From Saccharolobus solfataricus (lineage in GTDB: Archaea; Thermoproteota; Thermoprotei_A; Sulfolobales; Sulfolobaceae): a stretch of 32,000 nucleotides of DNA. Below are positions 1 through 10,885 of the stretch, in pieces (the first letter of the stretch is position 1; each line of letters begins with the position of its first letter). The DNA lies in NCBI RefSeq assembly GCF_900079115.1, contig NZ_LT549890.1:1380001-1412000 (forward strand), given 5' to 3'. The position numbers and the translations under genes are program-made. The notes under the pieces were generated by a model. It had not been told where the DNA came from, made no database searches, and worked only from the letters and a program-made list of their open reading frames with translations.

Positions 1-1098
1 GGTCTCCTTAACCTCACCCTCATTATAAACCTTTCCACTAAATGGGAAAATGTAAACCTCACCCTCCAACTTCCCTTTTCCTCCCTTACCATATCTCGCA
101 ACCCTACCAGCCCTTTGAATCAGATTATGAGATGGACAAGCTTCAGTTATTAAAACGTCAAAAGAAGTATCAATACCAGCCTCTATGACTTGAGTTGAAA
201 CTACCAACTTTGCATCATTTATCTTATTCACCTTATCTATCCTATCCTTTTTACTGAACTTACTGTGAATCAGAATAGGAGATAATCCCCTTTCCTTTAA
301 CTTCCAGTAAGCTTCAATTGCCCCCATTCTCGTATTGTAAACTAGGAGAACCCTTTTACCCTCTTTTACCTTTTCATCAGCAATGGAAATCTCATCCTTT
401 TCCAATTCATTAACGTATATCTTTCTGTCGATTTTAAAATCACTCGCGTAAACGACCTTTCCGCTCTTACCTAATTTATCCATTAAAACCCTCTCCAACC
501 CCTTATCTATGGTCGCTGAAGTAACTACTATTGGAACACCCGCATCACTTAAAACCTCTATGGCACTAAGACCAGCTCCTAAACTCTTACCGTCCTCACC
601 TAATAAGTGAAATTCATCAAATATTACAATACTACTATATATCAACGCCCTAGGGAACTCATAATGAGAACCGTAATTTTTAAAAATTAACTTAAAATCA
701 ATAGTAGGTAATTTAAATAAATTGAGAATAAAAGTATCTAGAGTCGTAACGTTAACTTTCTTCATGAAAAAAGGCGAATCATGATAATCCATATCTTGAG
801 CTCCTATGCTCTTAGTGTAAATTATCCCTTTATCAGCGTATTTTTTCAGCTTTAAATATAAATCCTGCACAATAGCCCTATACGGCAATACGTGTATAAC
901 TCTACTCCCTATGTCAATATTACTACTAACGGCATTAGCTAAGATCATTGTTAACGTTGTTTTACCGTAACCAGTTGGAGCCTTAAGTATAACATTATGT
1001 CCGTTCTCCAAATATCGTAAAGTCTCCTCAATACCCTTCCTCTCCTCAAACCCTTGACGAGCAATTAAATCGTTATAGAAGTCAACTAAAGACGACAT
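1..1098 (-). CDS. cas3: Cas3' superfamily-2 helicase (type I-A). About 366 N-terminal codons are visible; the 3' end runs off the left edge of the window.
   Basis: Absent from the ORF track because it is open at the window edge. Reverse-strand translation from the ATG at 1098-1096 reads MSSLVDFYNDLIARQ. It continues through KAPTGYGKT (Walker A), IFDEFH (DExH box), TSAT and QRAGRVARYG (motif VI). The start overlaps the cas5 stop by 17 nt, which suggests operon coupling. Confidence 0.9.
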   Translation of the reverse strand, partial: MSSLVDFYNDLIARQGFEERKGIEETLRYLENGHNVILKAPTGYGKTTLTMILANAVSSNIDIGSRVIHVLPYRAIVQDLYLKLKKYADKGIIYTKSIGAQDMDYHDSPFFMKKVNVTTLDTFILNLFKLPTIDFKLIFKNYGSHYEFPRALIYSSIVIFDEFHLLGEDGKSLGAGLSAIEVLSDAGVPIVVTSATIDKGLERVLMDKLGKSGKVVYASDFKIDRKIYVNELEKDEISIADEKVKEGKRVLLVYNTRMGAIEAYWKLKERGLSPILIHSKFSKKDRIDKVNKINDAKLVVSTQVIEAGIDTSFDVLITEACPSHNLIQRAGRVARYGKGGKGKLEGEVYIFPFSGKVYNEGEVKET

Positions 1099-1804
1099 AT
1101 TCCCCGCCGACCTCATAGGCTTCCTTAGCCTCAACTTCAACCTCCTTACTAGCTAAGGGATAAGTAGTTATCGGTAAAATGTACCTTACCGGTGACCCTT
1201 CCTTCCCCCATATATACCCATTCTCTTCCCAGAAAGTAACGTATTCCAAAAACTCCTTCCTACCTACTACCTTCACTGTATCTCTGAAATAGTATCTAGT
1301 TTTTACCCTACCCGAAACCTTTTTAGCCTCACCGACTTCAACGTTCTCCACACTTGCTAAACACTCCTTACATCCTATCCTAGTTATACTCCAGCAGAGT
1401 TTCTCCAACTCCTCCTTACTGATGGAATCAGTTACGTAAACCACAACTAACCGACCGTTGGGTATATATACTTTACCAGTGGGGATCACCCCGTAAATAT
1501 ATCTCGGATTCTCCCTCCTCTCTTTACGTTGAAAATATGATATAACGTTCCTAATAATGTCCTCAGTGTAAACTCCCTCAGACTCCAATCTAGCAGTAGC
1601 CATAATATTCCTAAAATTATATGCAGGACTACCGTAAACATTACCTAAATTAATATTATCCACTCCCCTAAATTTACCGTAAGATAAGGCTCCAATCAGC
1701 GTAGTAGGAGGCGGTAAATAGAAACCTGGCTTCGCCTTAGCAGCTAAAGGCTTAACTACGGAAAACCCCCAATGAAGTTTTAAAAAAACCTTAGAGTAGA
1801 TCAA
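1082..1804 (-). CDS. cas5: Cas5 (type I-A, Cas5a) RAMP subunit of Cascade
   Basis: A 240-aa ORF between cas7 and cas3'. The N-terminus KLHWGFSVVKPLAAKAKPGFYLPPPTTLIGALSYGKF is typical of the Cas5 first beta-strand and glycine-rich region. Position in the csa5-cas7-cas5-cas3' order supports the call. Confidence 0.85.
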   Translation of the reverse strand: MIYSKVFLKLHWGFSVVKPLAAKAKPGFYLPPPTTLIGALSYGKFRGVDNINLGNVYGSPAYNFRNIMATARLESEGVYTEDIIRNVISYFQRKERRENPRYIYGVIPTGKVYIPNGRLVVVYVTDSISKEELEKLCWSITRIGCKECLASVENVEVGEAKKVSGRVKTRYYFRDTVKVVGRKEFLEYVTFWEENGYIWGKEGSPVRYILPITTYPLASKEVEVEAKEAYEVGGEYVVFS

Positions 1805-1819
1805 AACTACCTTACCTCT

Positions 1820-2785
1820 CTACTCTTCCTCTAATTTAACTACTAAGTCCTCAACAGTTGACAGTACTGTAACCCCTTCACCCACTTCTATCCCCTCGTT
1901 GTTAATCACATACGCCTTAGCCAAATTTCCGTTCAGCACACCTTTAGCCTTCCCTAACCTCATAATAGTGGTCTTAATGTAATCATCATCGTGTGCCGGT
2001 TCTGGCATGAATGGGAAATCGGTCTTTGTCACCACTAAAGACATCAACTTCATGGATGGTAAAAACCTAGACCTCTTCCCTCCGAAATTACCTGATAGCA
2101 AAGAGTAAAGGGCTTTAATTGCAGACTTCACCCTTTTAGCCTTTTGCCTCTCTAACTCCTCTTCACCTTTAACCTTTTCCCCAAAAGTTGATGGAACTGC
2201 TATCAAATCTTCGTCAAGTTCAAACGAAAACGTGTAGAGAGCAGAGGATACTTCCACGTTGAAGATAGCTTGAGAACCGCTAACTGGCTTATTTGAAAAC
2301 CTCACATGAAATTGCGCTTCCAGTTGTGCAGGTATTTCATCTCCCCTTAAAGCCGGTATCATATAACCTAACTTTATCCTCGACGTCCTTCTTACCGGAG
2401 CACCTCCGGCGTACATGAAACCTCCAACATCAGCGATAACGTCCTTAAGCATAACCTCTACCTCGAACCTCCTCGCATCGTTGTAATCCTTAGGCTCCTT
2501 TATCCCTTCAATCTTTAACGCCTCATCAGTTGAGAACTTTATGAACTCGTATTGAGAAGATAAACTACCTACTGGTAACCCCTCCTTTTTAGCAATGTCC
2601 ACTAGACTCGCTTGATAGGCATGGGCTAAGGCTTCCCCAGAAATCACTGGGACATATCTCACTAGATAACCAGTTGAAGTCTTTAACACAACCGGAGCAG
2701 TTCTGTGCTTGGTTAAATTTCCTATACTCTCAACACCGTTCAGTGACTCTAGATTTACCAAAAACCTAACTGAACCGCTTATCAT
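1820..2785 (-). CDS. cas7: Cas7 / Csa2 backbone subunit of type I-A Cascade
   Basis: A 321-aa ORF. The N-terminus [33 protein letters not shown] is the characteristic Csa2 start. There is a 4-nt overlap with csa5 (2782-2785). Confidence 0.9.
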
Positions 2786-3234
2786 TTCTTCTCACCACCT
2801 TGCTCACTCTTACTCTGTTTACTACCTAACTTAATTCTATTTGCTATACTCATGGCTAGTGCACCAGCCTTCCTAGCGTAGTACACGTCTTCCTCAATCA
2901 TTCTAAGAAAGTCTTCTATATCTTGACTAGTTGGTAGATAGCCAACTACAGTATACTTAGCCCCACTTGAATTCACGTTAACTGCAGGATAGTCCTTTCC
3001 TTGAGCAGGATAATCCTTTCCTTGAATCGTAATTGTAGTAGTCGCTATCTCACTCCTATCAATGCCCATTTGCACAATCCTTTGAACGTCATATAGAACT
3101 TTAGTTACAGCCTCTTTAGACAATGCGTTAGCAAATCTATCCACTAACGTTGGAGACTCACTATATAGGAAGCCCACAGCCAGTAAGTTCGCTATCCTTC
3201 CTATGATGTTTTCCTTCTCCGATTTCTGAGCCAT
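2782..3234 (-). CDS. csa5: Csa5 (Cas11a-like small subunit of type I-A Cascade)
   Basis: A 150-aa ORF, first gene of the operon directly upstream of cas7. Size and position match Csa5. It contains an in-frame tandem [14 protein letters not shown] duplication (see findings). Confidence 0.75.
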
Positions 3235-3312
3235 GTTATTCTCTATTATTATTCCACTATATAAACATTTCTATTTCTAGTGTACGAAAACTCTTTTCAT
3301 AAATATGAAAAA
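3235..3312 (-). promoter_or_regulatory. Putative promoter of the csa5-cas7-cas5-cas3' operon
   Basis: On the minus strand, TTTATATA (plus-strand coordinates 3258-3265) ends about 23 nt upstream of the csa5 ATG (3234). This geometry fits an archaeal TATA box driving a leaderless or near-leaderless mRNA. Confidence 0.4.
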
Positions 3313-3924
3313 TTAGAACCCATAGATTTTCAATAAAATCTCACCCTTTATGGTTAATTTATTGAACTCATCAATAAATTTTTCTTTCCTCAACTCATTC
3401 AACCTCCTCCAAGTAGTAGTTAGGGGAATTCCCGTGGTCTTACTTATCATATTAGCGGAAGAATATCCATCCTTAATAGCCTTTAATATTGTCAAGTGAG
3501 CCTTAGTTAAGAATAGTGAAGGTGAAGTGACATCGCTTACCCTAAAATAATAAACCTTAGTTAAGTCCTCAGTCTCTATCTCTATAGTAGCGTCTATTCC
3601 AGTCAATAAAAAGGCGGAAAAAACAGCTAATATCATTAGTCTCATCCCTCCGCTCAAGTTAACCATGAAGTCCTTCCCTGCATTATTTACAATAACTTTG
3701 CCAACATTCTCAATAACGTTTTCAAAGTCCCTAGGATCAACTTCAACAATCTCAAAAGGAACGTTAACAGTTCTCAGAAAATTAACGAGAGACTCTAATG
3801 CCTTCTTAGCCTTCTCTTCCTCAAAACCCCCAATAATAATAACTTTATCAACATTCTTACCTTGCCTCATCAATGCACGATACTGAAACTTTTCATCGAA
3901 TCCAAGTGTCAAAATCAATATCAT
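3313..3924 (-). CDS. csa3: Csa3-family regulator (CARF-like N-domain plus C-terminal winged HTH); the copy next to the interference operon (Csa3b-type)
   Basis: A 203-aa ORF. The start MILILTLGFDEKF and the LSGGMR motif are typical of the Csa3/CARF Rossmann-like domain. The C-terminal segment LTILKAIKDGYSSANMISKTTGIPLTTTWRRLNELRKEKFI looks like a wHTH. Confidence 0.8.
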   Translation of the reverse strand: MILILTLGFDEKFQYRALMRQGKNVDKVIIIGGFEEEKAKKALESLVNFLRTVNVPFEIVEVDPRDFENVIENVGKVIVNNAGKDFMVNLSGGMRLMILAVFSAFLLTGIDATIEIETEDLTKVYYFRVSDVTSPSLFLTKAHLTILKAIKDGYSSANMISKTTGIPLTTTWRRLNELRKEKFIDEFNKLTIKGEILLKIYGF

Positions 3925-4435
3925 ACCCTAAAAACGGAAAAAGAGATATTAAATTTTTCTTGAAAAGGGAAAAGAAATATCTTGTATTACGTCAACCTAA
4001 TTCACCAAAGATTTTTTCAAGTTTACTGGTTTTATGTAGAGACTGATGAAAAGAAAAGTTAGAAAAAGGAGTTACAAAAACTATGGTCATAATAAGGGCC
4101 CTAGATGGTTTGTTGATCTGGGGAGTCATAATTCTTGGTAGGTTAGCGAGGCTGACTAGGGACACTAAAGCTGTTAATAGGAAGTGGGATGGTGGAGTTT
4201 GGCCTTGTTGAATGTAATGTATCTTCACGTATTTTCAAGGGAGAAAAGTTATTGAACGAGACTTACCTGAAGGGAGTATAGTATATTAGAGTAAATTTGA
4301 TATAATTTTACTACTAATTGTGGAATAAGATGACTGCATGAGAACACTCCCGTACCAATTTCTTATTAATATTAGTTAGGAATTGCCATTTTAAACAACT
4401 TGGATCACGTCTCAGTGTGTGTTGTTAATCCTACC

Positions 4436-6560
4436 CTTTCAATTCTATAAGAGATTATCTGAGGATATACTTTAATCGGATTGTGTTAGGTGGAGAGATG
4501 TTCTTTCAATTCTATAAGAGATTATCCCATCTACCACACCGCGGACACTGGTATAAACATGCACCGGCTTTCAATTCTATAAGAGATTATCTCAGTCTTA
4601 TTGTCGAGGAGTAGTGGTAGGAGTGATACCTTTCAATTCTATAAGAGATTATCGGAAGAGACAAGACTCTACAGTACAATATGCCCCAGATGCTTTCAAT
4701 TCTATAAGAGATTATCAACCGGAAGTACGAACTATGTTGCTGAGATTGTGGTCTATGTCTTTCAATTCTATAAGAGATTATCTTTGTGGTACTTGTAGTT
4801 GTGATGCTGACGTTCCACTACTCTTTCAATTCTATAAGAGATTATCTCAAATCAACAAGTTACAGTAACCAACGGTACTTCAAACCCCTTTCAATTCTAT
4901 AAGAGATTATCTATGTTGTTGTTTGTTGAGTTGTGGTCTGCTGTGTAGTTGCTTTCAATTCTATAAGAGATTATCATCCAGACGAAGTGGGGGCAATCAT
5001 GCAGCCCCCCTCACTTTCAATTCTATAAGAGATTATCAAAGATAATGGATAATAACTTAACATTACAGAATTTAATGCTTTCAATTCTATAAGAGATTAT
5101 CTAAACTCATGTAGCGTTAGTTGGAGCGGATCTGCACAAGTACTTTCAATTCTATAAGAGATTATCCCAGTGTTTTACTTAACATCAGTACAAGGATCAA
5201 AACCCTTTCAATTCTATAAGAGATTATCAAGAGTTCGATCGGATTAAAGAGGAGATTGAGCAAAACTTTCAATTCTATAAGAGATTATCAGTGACTCAAT
5301 ACCGGTCACAATATCTTCAGGTGCTCCCATTCTTTCAATTCTATAAGAGATTATCCGTCCCCATCGAATACGTAAGAGTCTGGAGGGGAATTTACTTTCA
5401 ATTCTATAAGAGATTATCTAAAGGTTACGTTAGAACTAGAAAAGAATGGAAATCTGAACTTTCAATTCTATAAGAGATTATCTGGAGTTTTCAGATATTT
5501 TGTAAAGTACGTTCAGTTTCTTTCAATTCTATAAGAGATTATCAATAGGCTATGGTGTGTGGATGGACCTGTATCGTAAATACTTTCAATTCTATAAGAG
5601 ATTATCCACGCAAAAGGATAAACAATATGGTGCGATTCGAATGGACTTTCAATTCTATAAGAGATTATCACAAACAGTGTGTGTTACATTATCCTTCGAT
5701 TACAACGAACTTTCAATTCTATAAGAGATTATCCTTCTGTTCTGAAATTATAAAGGACATGCTGATAAAATTTCTTTCAATTCTATAAGAGATTATCCTA
5801 ACTGAAGAAGACCCAATTTATATTGCAGGATTTGTCTTTCAATTCTATAAGAGATTATCTGCAGAACCATTAGCTGGTACAGTAACTGTTTGCCAACTTT
5901 CAATTCTATAAGAGATTATCACCATAGTCCCTGATTTCGGTATTCTTTACCCTGTAACCCCTCTTTCAATTCTATAAGAGATTATCGCTTATCTCTCTCA
6001 TGCGCCATTTCTTCTTTCCTTCTTTCCTTTCAATTCTATAAGAGATTATCTATATCCCAAAAAATCTCAGACATTAGAGAGCATTTTTGTCTTTCAATTC
6101 TATAAGAGATTATCAATAGATCCAGAAAATGAATATGTCAAATTAGCTGACATTTCTTTCAATTCTATAAGAGATTATCTTTATTTTCTTGCGATATTTC
6201 ATTACCGAGACTTTTGCCTCTTTCAATTCTATAAGAGATTATCGTTGGCTGTTGGCTGTTGGCTGTTGTCGGTCGATGGCCCACTTTCAATTCTATAAGA
6301 GATTATCAAAGAATATCTTGACGCGTTAGCCGAATTTGACCGAACCTTTCAATTCTATAAGAGATTATCTTGCTTAGTCTTGATAAGTATACTAAAAGTT
6401 CGTTCTTGCTTTCAATTCTATAAGAGATTATCTACCCAACTAAATCATAACCTCTTTGTTGCAGAATTGTTCTTTCAATTCTATAAGAGATTATCAAGAA
6501 GAACCCCCAACTTGTTACGAGATCTTGCAAAAAGCTCTTTCAATTCTATAAGAGATTATC
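4436..6560 (-). CRISPR. CRISPR array 1: 34 identical 24-nt repeats and 33 spacers of 37-43 nt
   Basis: The plus strand shows CTTTCAATTCTATAAGAGATTATC at 4436, 4503, 4568, 4630 and onward to 6472 and 6537. The reverse complement is GATAATCTCTTATAGAATTGAAAG, which ends in the ATTGAAAG 5'-handle sequence. The array is therefore read on the minus strand from the leader at 6561 onward. Confidence 0.99.
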
Positions 6561-6791
<231 letters not shown>

Positions 6792-6860
6792 ATATTTCTC
6801 TCATCATCAAGCTTATAAGTTATAGAAAAGTTTATGAATCGGTAATACTAATTTTATGGT

Positions 6861-7574
<714 letters not shown>

Positions 7575-7939
7575 ATTTGTACATTGACGTTATGAGAGTG
7601 TGTATAGACATTACAATAGTGTTAAATAACATTTTAACTATTATTATTTACAATAATGTGGTTTTGTAGTATACAAATTCAACTTAAGCCTATATTAGAT
7701 TTACCTTACACCTTACATATTTGCGTAAATTCTTAATAAGAAGATTTTAATAGCTATGAATATATAAGACGTGTAATCTAAAAATTACATAACTCATAAA
7801 CGGAGTATGCTGAATATCTTATATTACACGCCACTTCCAGTAAACTTCCAAACATATAATAAATAATGTTATTCGACAGTATGAGAACAGAATCATCTCA
7901 GCGGTAGAATATATAGTCTTTTTCTTAATAGGCACTACA

Positions 7940-9300
7940 TCAGTATGGGAATCTCATTTTTCTGATATAAATGATAATATATGTAAGATTGAACCACACC
8001 AGTTTTATTCAAATATAACTGCATATATTTTATGAAAATGACAGTTAATAAGTCAGTTTTGAACAGAAGAATATAAATATATAGAATTAATTTCACGTAG
8101 CTGGAAGGAGGTGCATAGGGTTAGCTGGAGTCTGGGGGAATGACGTCTTCACTTCACGGAACGCGCGTTCTTGTTCCACTCTTACCTCCCGATCGAGGAG
8201 ATTCGAGAGGGAGACCGAGAACTCCCACAACTTTACCTTCCTCCAAGAACGGATCAAGAACCAGACATTCAAGAGAAGATAGGAAAGCAGAACGAGAACC
8301 AATTCCTTCCTCACGTCACAAGTCCTAGTCTTGATTCTGAACTCCTCAAGGGAGCGGAAGGCGTTCTCTATCCCCCACCTCTCCCTGTACATCTCGGCAA
8401 GGACTATGGCATCATAAAGATCCATCTCCCTCCTCACGAGGAAGGCAATAATCTTGCCGTCTTCCTTCCTCAGAATAATGAGATAAGCTCCACTCCCATG
8501 TCTCACGCAGAGAAATCCAGTATATCTAACTCCGCTAAAACTCACATCCACATCTTGCAACATCCCCTTGTACTTCTTGTACATCTGGGCCTTGGCAGAT
8601 ATGACGAAGTCCAAGCCCAACTCCAAGAGGAACCTAATCACTTCGTTCACCGCGAACTCCCTGTCCGCGAAGACCATGACGAGCCTCAGCTTGTCCTCCT
8701 CCAACTCCTTCACGATTACCTCCATCACCGCCTTGAAACCTTCAGCTACGTTCTTCACGGTCACTGGGATCACGTCCAAGAAGCTCCTCGTCCTCCCCAG
8801 GAGGAAGATCGCAGCTTGAACCAGTCCCCACGACGTCCCCTTAGTTGGCTTTATCCTACTCAAGAAACTCTTGTCAGCGTGGTATTGAGGTATGGCATGG
8901 AAGTCCACTGCTACCCTCCTGTCCCTGACTCCCCTTAACGTCATCCTCCCCATCTTCCTCAACGCATCCCTCACGTCCTCAACTTGAACCGCGTTCAACT
9001 TTCTCAACGCTCTTCTCCCATCTTTTCCCAACCTGCTCAAGTAGCTCCCACTCGCCTTAAGCAAGGCACTGAGGAGTTCCTCAGGGAAAAGTATTTTAGT
9101 GAGGACCGAGTAAATTATCTTGAGGGCGGACCTGGCGAAGTCCCGGTTGAACTTCGCCGGTTTAGTTGTATTCTCATGTTTCATATGTTCAAGTCCGCCC
9201 TCGTATATACAAACTTTTCTACAGAAATTCTCATCCTCTCGATTTTGTCTGTATTTCATTCATCTCATTTTTTACGCAAAAAATGAGATTCCCATACTGA
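7940..9300 (-). mobile_element. Insertion sequence, 1361 bp, IS4/IS5-type DDE transposase. Size and host suggest an ISC1359-like element; this is not verified.
   Basis: Perfect 22-bp terminal inverted repeats: TCAGTATGGGAATCTCATTTTT at 7940-7961 and its reverse complement at 9279-9300. It contains a single 388-codon ORF. The body is visibly more G+C-rich than the flanks. No obvious target-site duplication is present. Confidence 0.85.
8093..9259 (-). CDS. DDE transposase of the IS element
   Basis: A 388-aa ORF filling the IS. The C-terminal signature YRERWGIENAFRSLEEFRIK matches the Y-x2-R-x3-E-x6-K motif of IS4-family transposases. The true start may be the internal MKHENTT. Confidence 0.85.
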   Translation of the reverse strand: MKYRQNREDENFCRKVCIYEGGLEHMKHENTTKPAKFNRDFARSALKIIYSVLTKILFPEELLSALLKASGSYLSRLGKDGRRALRKLNAVQVEDVRDALRKMGRMTLRGVRDRRVAVDFHAIPQYHADKSFLSRIKPTKGTSWGLVQAAIFLLGRTRSFLDVIPVTVKNVAEGFKAVMEVIVKELEEDKLRLVMVFADREFAVNEVIRFLLELGLDFVISAKAQMYKKYKGMLQDVDVSFSGVRYTGFLCVRHGSGAYLIILRKEDGKIIAFLVRREMDLYDAIVLAEMYRERWGIENAFRSLEEFRIKTRTCDVRKELVLVLLSYLLLNVWFLIRSWRKVKLWEFSVSLSNLLDREVRVEQERAFREVKTSFPQTPANPMHLLPAT

Positions 9301-9531
9301 CATGCTCCGCCTCTAACAAAGTGACCGTAGCAGATCGGGATTCTCTGCCACCGTAGGAGTTGTAAAGAAGTAAAAAGGACTATTAACTGAGGGAATGCTA
9401 GGAATTGCTGAGTTAAGGATTTAACTGGCTATATTTTGTATTGACAAAAGCTAATTCTCTTCGCATCTACTAAGAAAAAGACTATATAATGAATCAATAA
9501 TTATGAGGTCCCTTGAAATGGATAACATTGG

Positions 9532-9662
9532 TCTCCTTTGTGAATTCTAAAATGCGGTGGTAAAGATGTTAACATTGGTAATAGCATATCTCTGCTATTC
9601 CGTAGTTTTCATTGAGTTAAATTCGTAGCAATCTTTAATATAAAGTGAATTCACAATGGATA
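9532..9662 (+). mobile_element. MITE copy 1 (131 bp)
   Basis: Terminal inverted repeats: TCTCCTTTGTGAATTC (9532-9547) against the reverse complement of GAATTCACAATGGATA (9647-9662), 14/16. A second, inverted copy lies at 27059-27197. The two copies share long internal blocks, for example TTAGTTAAATTCGTAGCAATCTTTAA. The size class recalls Sulfolobus SM-type MITEs. Confidence 0.6.
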
Positions 9663-10103
9663 ACCGTATGGCCCCCAATATCACTTAAGCCGGATACTTT
9701 AATTATGTAAGATTTTTTTGGAAAAAAATTAAGAATTATAGCCTCTCTCTTTGTCATCGGCTAAGTCCATATGTTAAGTCGGACCTGAGGTGGGGACAAA
9801 GTACATGTAGTAGTTTTAGGAAATTCCCTTATCATAAAAAGTCAAAATATTTATTCATGTATTTATAAATATCTTTCATTGTACTTCTTAATATTATAGC
9901 TTATCAATAAACATTTTTCATCTAACTAGGAAAGATTCATTATATATTTTTAACGTAACGTAAAAGTGTAACGATTTTCCTATAAATGCTATACATGAAA
10001 AGGCCAGATGAAGACGCTAAGTCTATATGTTAAGTAGGAAAAATATATAAATACGTTAAATAATTTATACTAAATTGGAACAGTCGTTGTTCACTCCCTT
10101 GAC

Positions 10104-10631
10104 TCATAGCAAAACACTAACTGAGCAAACCCTTCTGTACTGGCAAGCCTTACACAACAGAGGTGAGGGATTAACAACTGGAGGACTATCATCTTCTAAG
10201 CTCTCAACCAACTCGTTAACTACCTTACCTATATACTCAACGTGTTCTTTCCTAACCTCGATGTTTATCTTCCTCTCCTTATTCATCAATAACACAGTGT
10301 TCCTAACCCTAAAACCGTTTCTCTCAGCTAAGTAAGCATAAGCTAACAACTGTATCCTGAAGTGATTGTAGAACCTTCTATAGAACGCCTTAATCTCTAT
10401 TACGCTATCTTCAGTTAGAACGTCAACAATTCCATTCAATCCGCTATCCTTATCCCTCAAATGAACTTCGTAATATTTAGGTTCGGGAAAGTCCCTCACA
10501 ATCTCCTTTAAATTCACGTTCTTAGCTATCCTCTGACTATTCGTTATTGGCTCTTTCCATCCCATTTTCTTCCTTATCCAAGGTATGACCTTACATAAGG
10601 AATAGTCTTTTAAATCCGTTACACTAACCAT
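10104..10631 (-). CDS. cas4: Cas4 (RecB-like nuclease with a 4Fe-4S cluster)
   Basis: A 175-aa ORF with an N-terminal Cys (SLCKV) and a C-terminal CKACQYRRVC cluster. IVDVL and VIEIK form the nuclease motif. It overlaps cas2 by 13 nt. Confidence 0.9.
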   Translation of the reverse strand: MVSVTDLKDYSLCKVIPWIRKKMGWKEPITNSQRIAKNVNLKEIVRDFPEPKYYEVHLRDKDSGLNGIVDVLTEDSVIEIKAFYRRFYNHFRIQLLAYAYLAERNGFRVRNTVLLMNKERKINIEVRKEHVEYIGKVVNELVESLEDDSPPVVNPSPLLCKACQYRRVCSVSVLL

Positions 10632-10885
10632 TCCTCTAATCCCTCCCTACCTATTACAATCCTCCTCTCCCAATCCCTTATGCCTAAAGGGATTATGTGA
10701 ACTATGTCAGTATTTGTGTCAACTATTAGCTTAACAACTCTGACTAAATCCTTAACCCTTTGACTGTCAATATCACCCTCAAAGGCACTTCTCTGAATCC
10801 TCTCCAATCCCAGTTTCTTCAAATTATTGGCTAGTTTATTTCTCTTACTGTCATCGGAAACGTCATATACTACCAATAATTTCAA
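10619..10885 (-). CDS. cas2: Cas2
   Basis: An 88-aa ORF. MKLLVVYDVSDDSKRNKLANNLKKLGLERIQRSAFEG is the classical Cas2 ferredoxin-fold N-terminus. It lies directly downstream of cas1. Confidence 0.92.
   Translation of the reverse strand: MKLLVVYDVSDDSKRNKLANNLKKLGLERIQRSAFEGDIDSQRVKDLVRVVKLIVDTNTDIVHIIPLGIRDWERRIVIGREGLEEWLV

Larger units (their letters stand above)
7908..9490. mobile_element. MITE-like element of about 222 bp (7908-7939 plus 9301-9490), split by the IS insertion
   Basis: There is an outer inverted repeat. TATATAGTCTTTTTCTTA at 7910-7927 matches the reverse complement of 9471-9488 at 18/18. Partial matches extend the repeat to about 7908-7931 and 9467-9490. No ORF of its own is present. 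Confidence 0.45.

Noticed and set aside
3665-3886. Antisense ORFs within confident genes (3665-3886, 7322-7564, 10075-10335, 26311-26517, 26637-26828, 28719-28919, 31551-31745, 23836-24087)
   Set aside because: Each lies opposite a well-supported CDS or pseudogene and shows low-complexity composition. They are shadow ORFs.
3992-4228. 78-aa minus-strand ORF (and a 42-codon plus-strand ORF) between csa3b and the trailer of array 1
   Set aside because: No recognisable motif or promoter geometry is present and coding is ambiguous on both strands. It is possibly old debris and cannot be supported as a gene.
6244-6283. Spacer with a tandem heptamer, (GTTGGCT)x3
   Set aside because: It probably just reflects a low-complexity, repeat-containing coding region in the invader. 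No structural or functional implication can be drawn from the sequence alone.
8140-9356. Plus-strand ORFs 8140-8328, 8171-8938, 8568-8819, 8984-9286, 9120-9356
   Set aside because: They are antisense to the transposase gene. Long open frames are expected by chance in this G+C-richer IS body, and the products are low-complexity P/L/S-rich.
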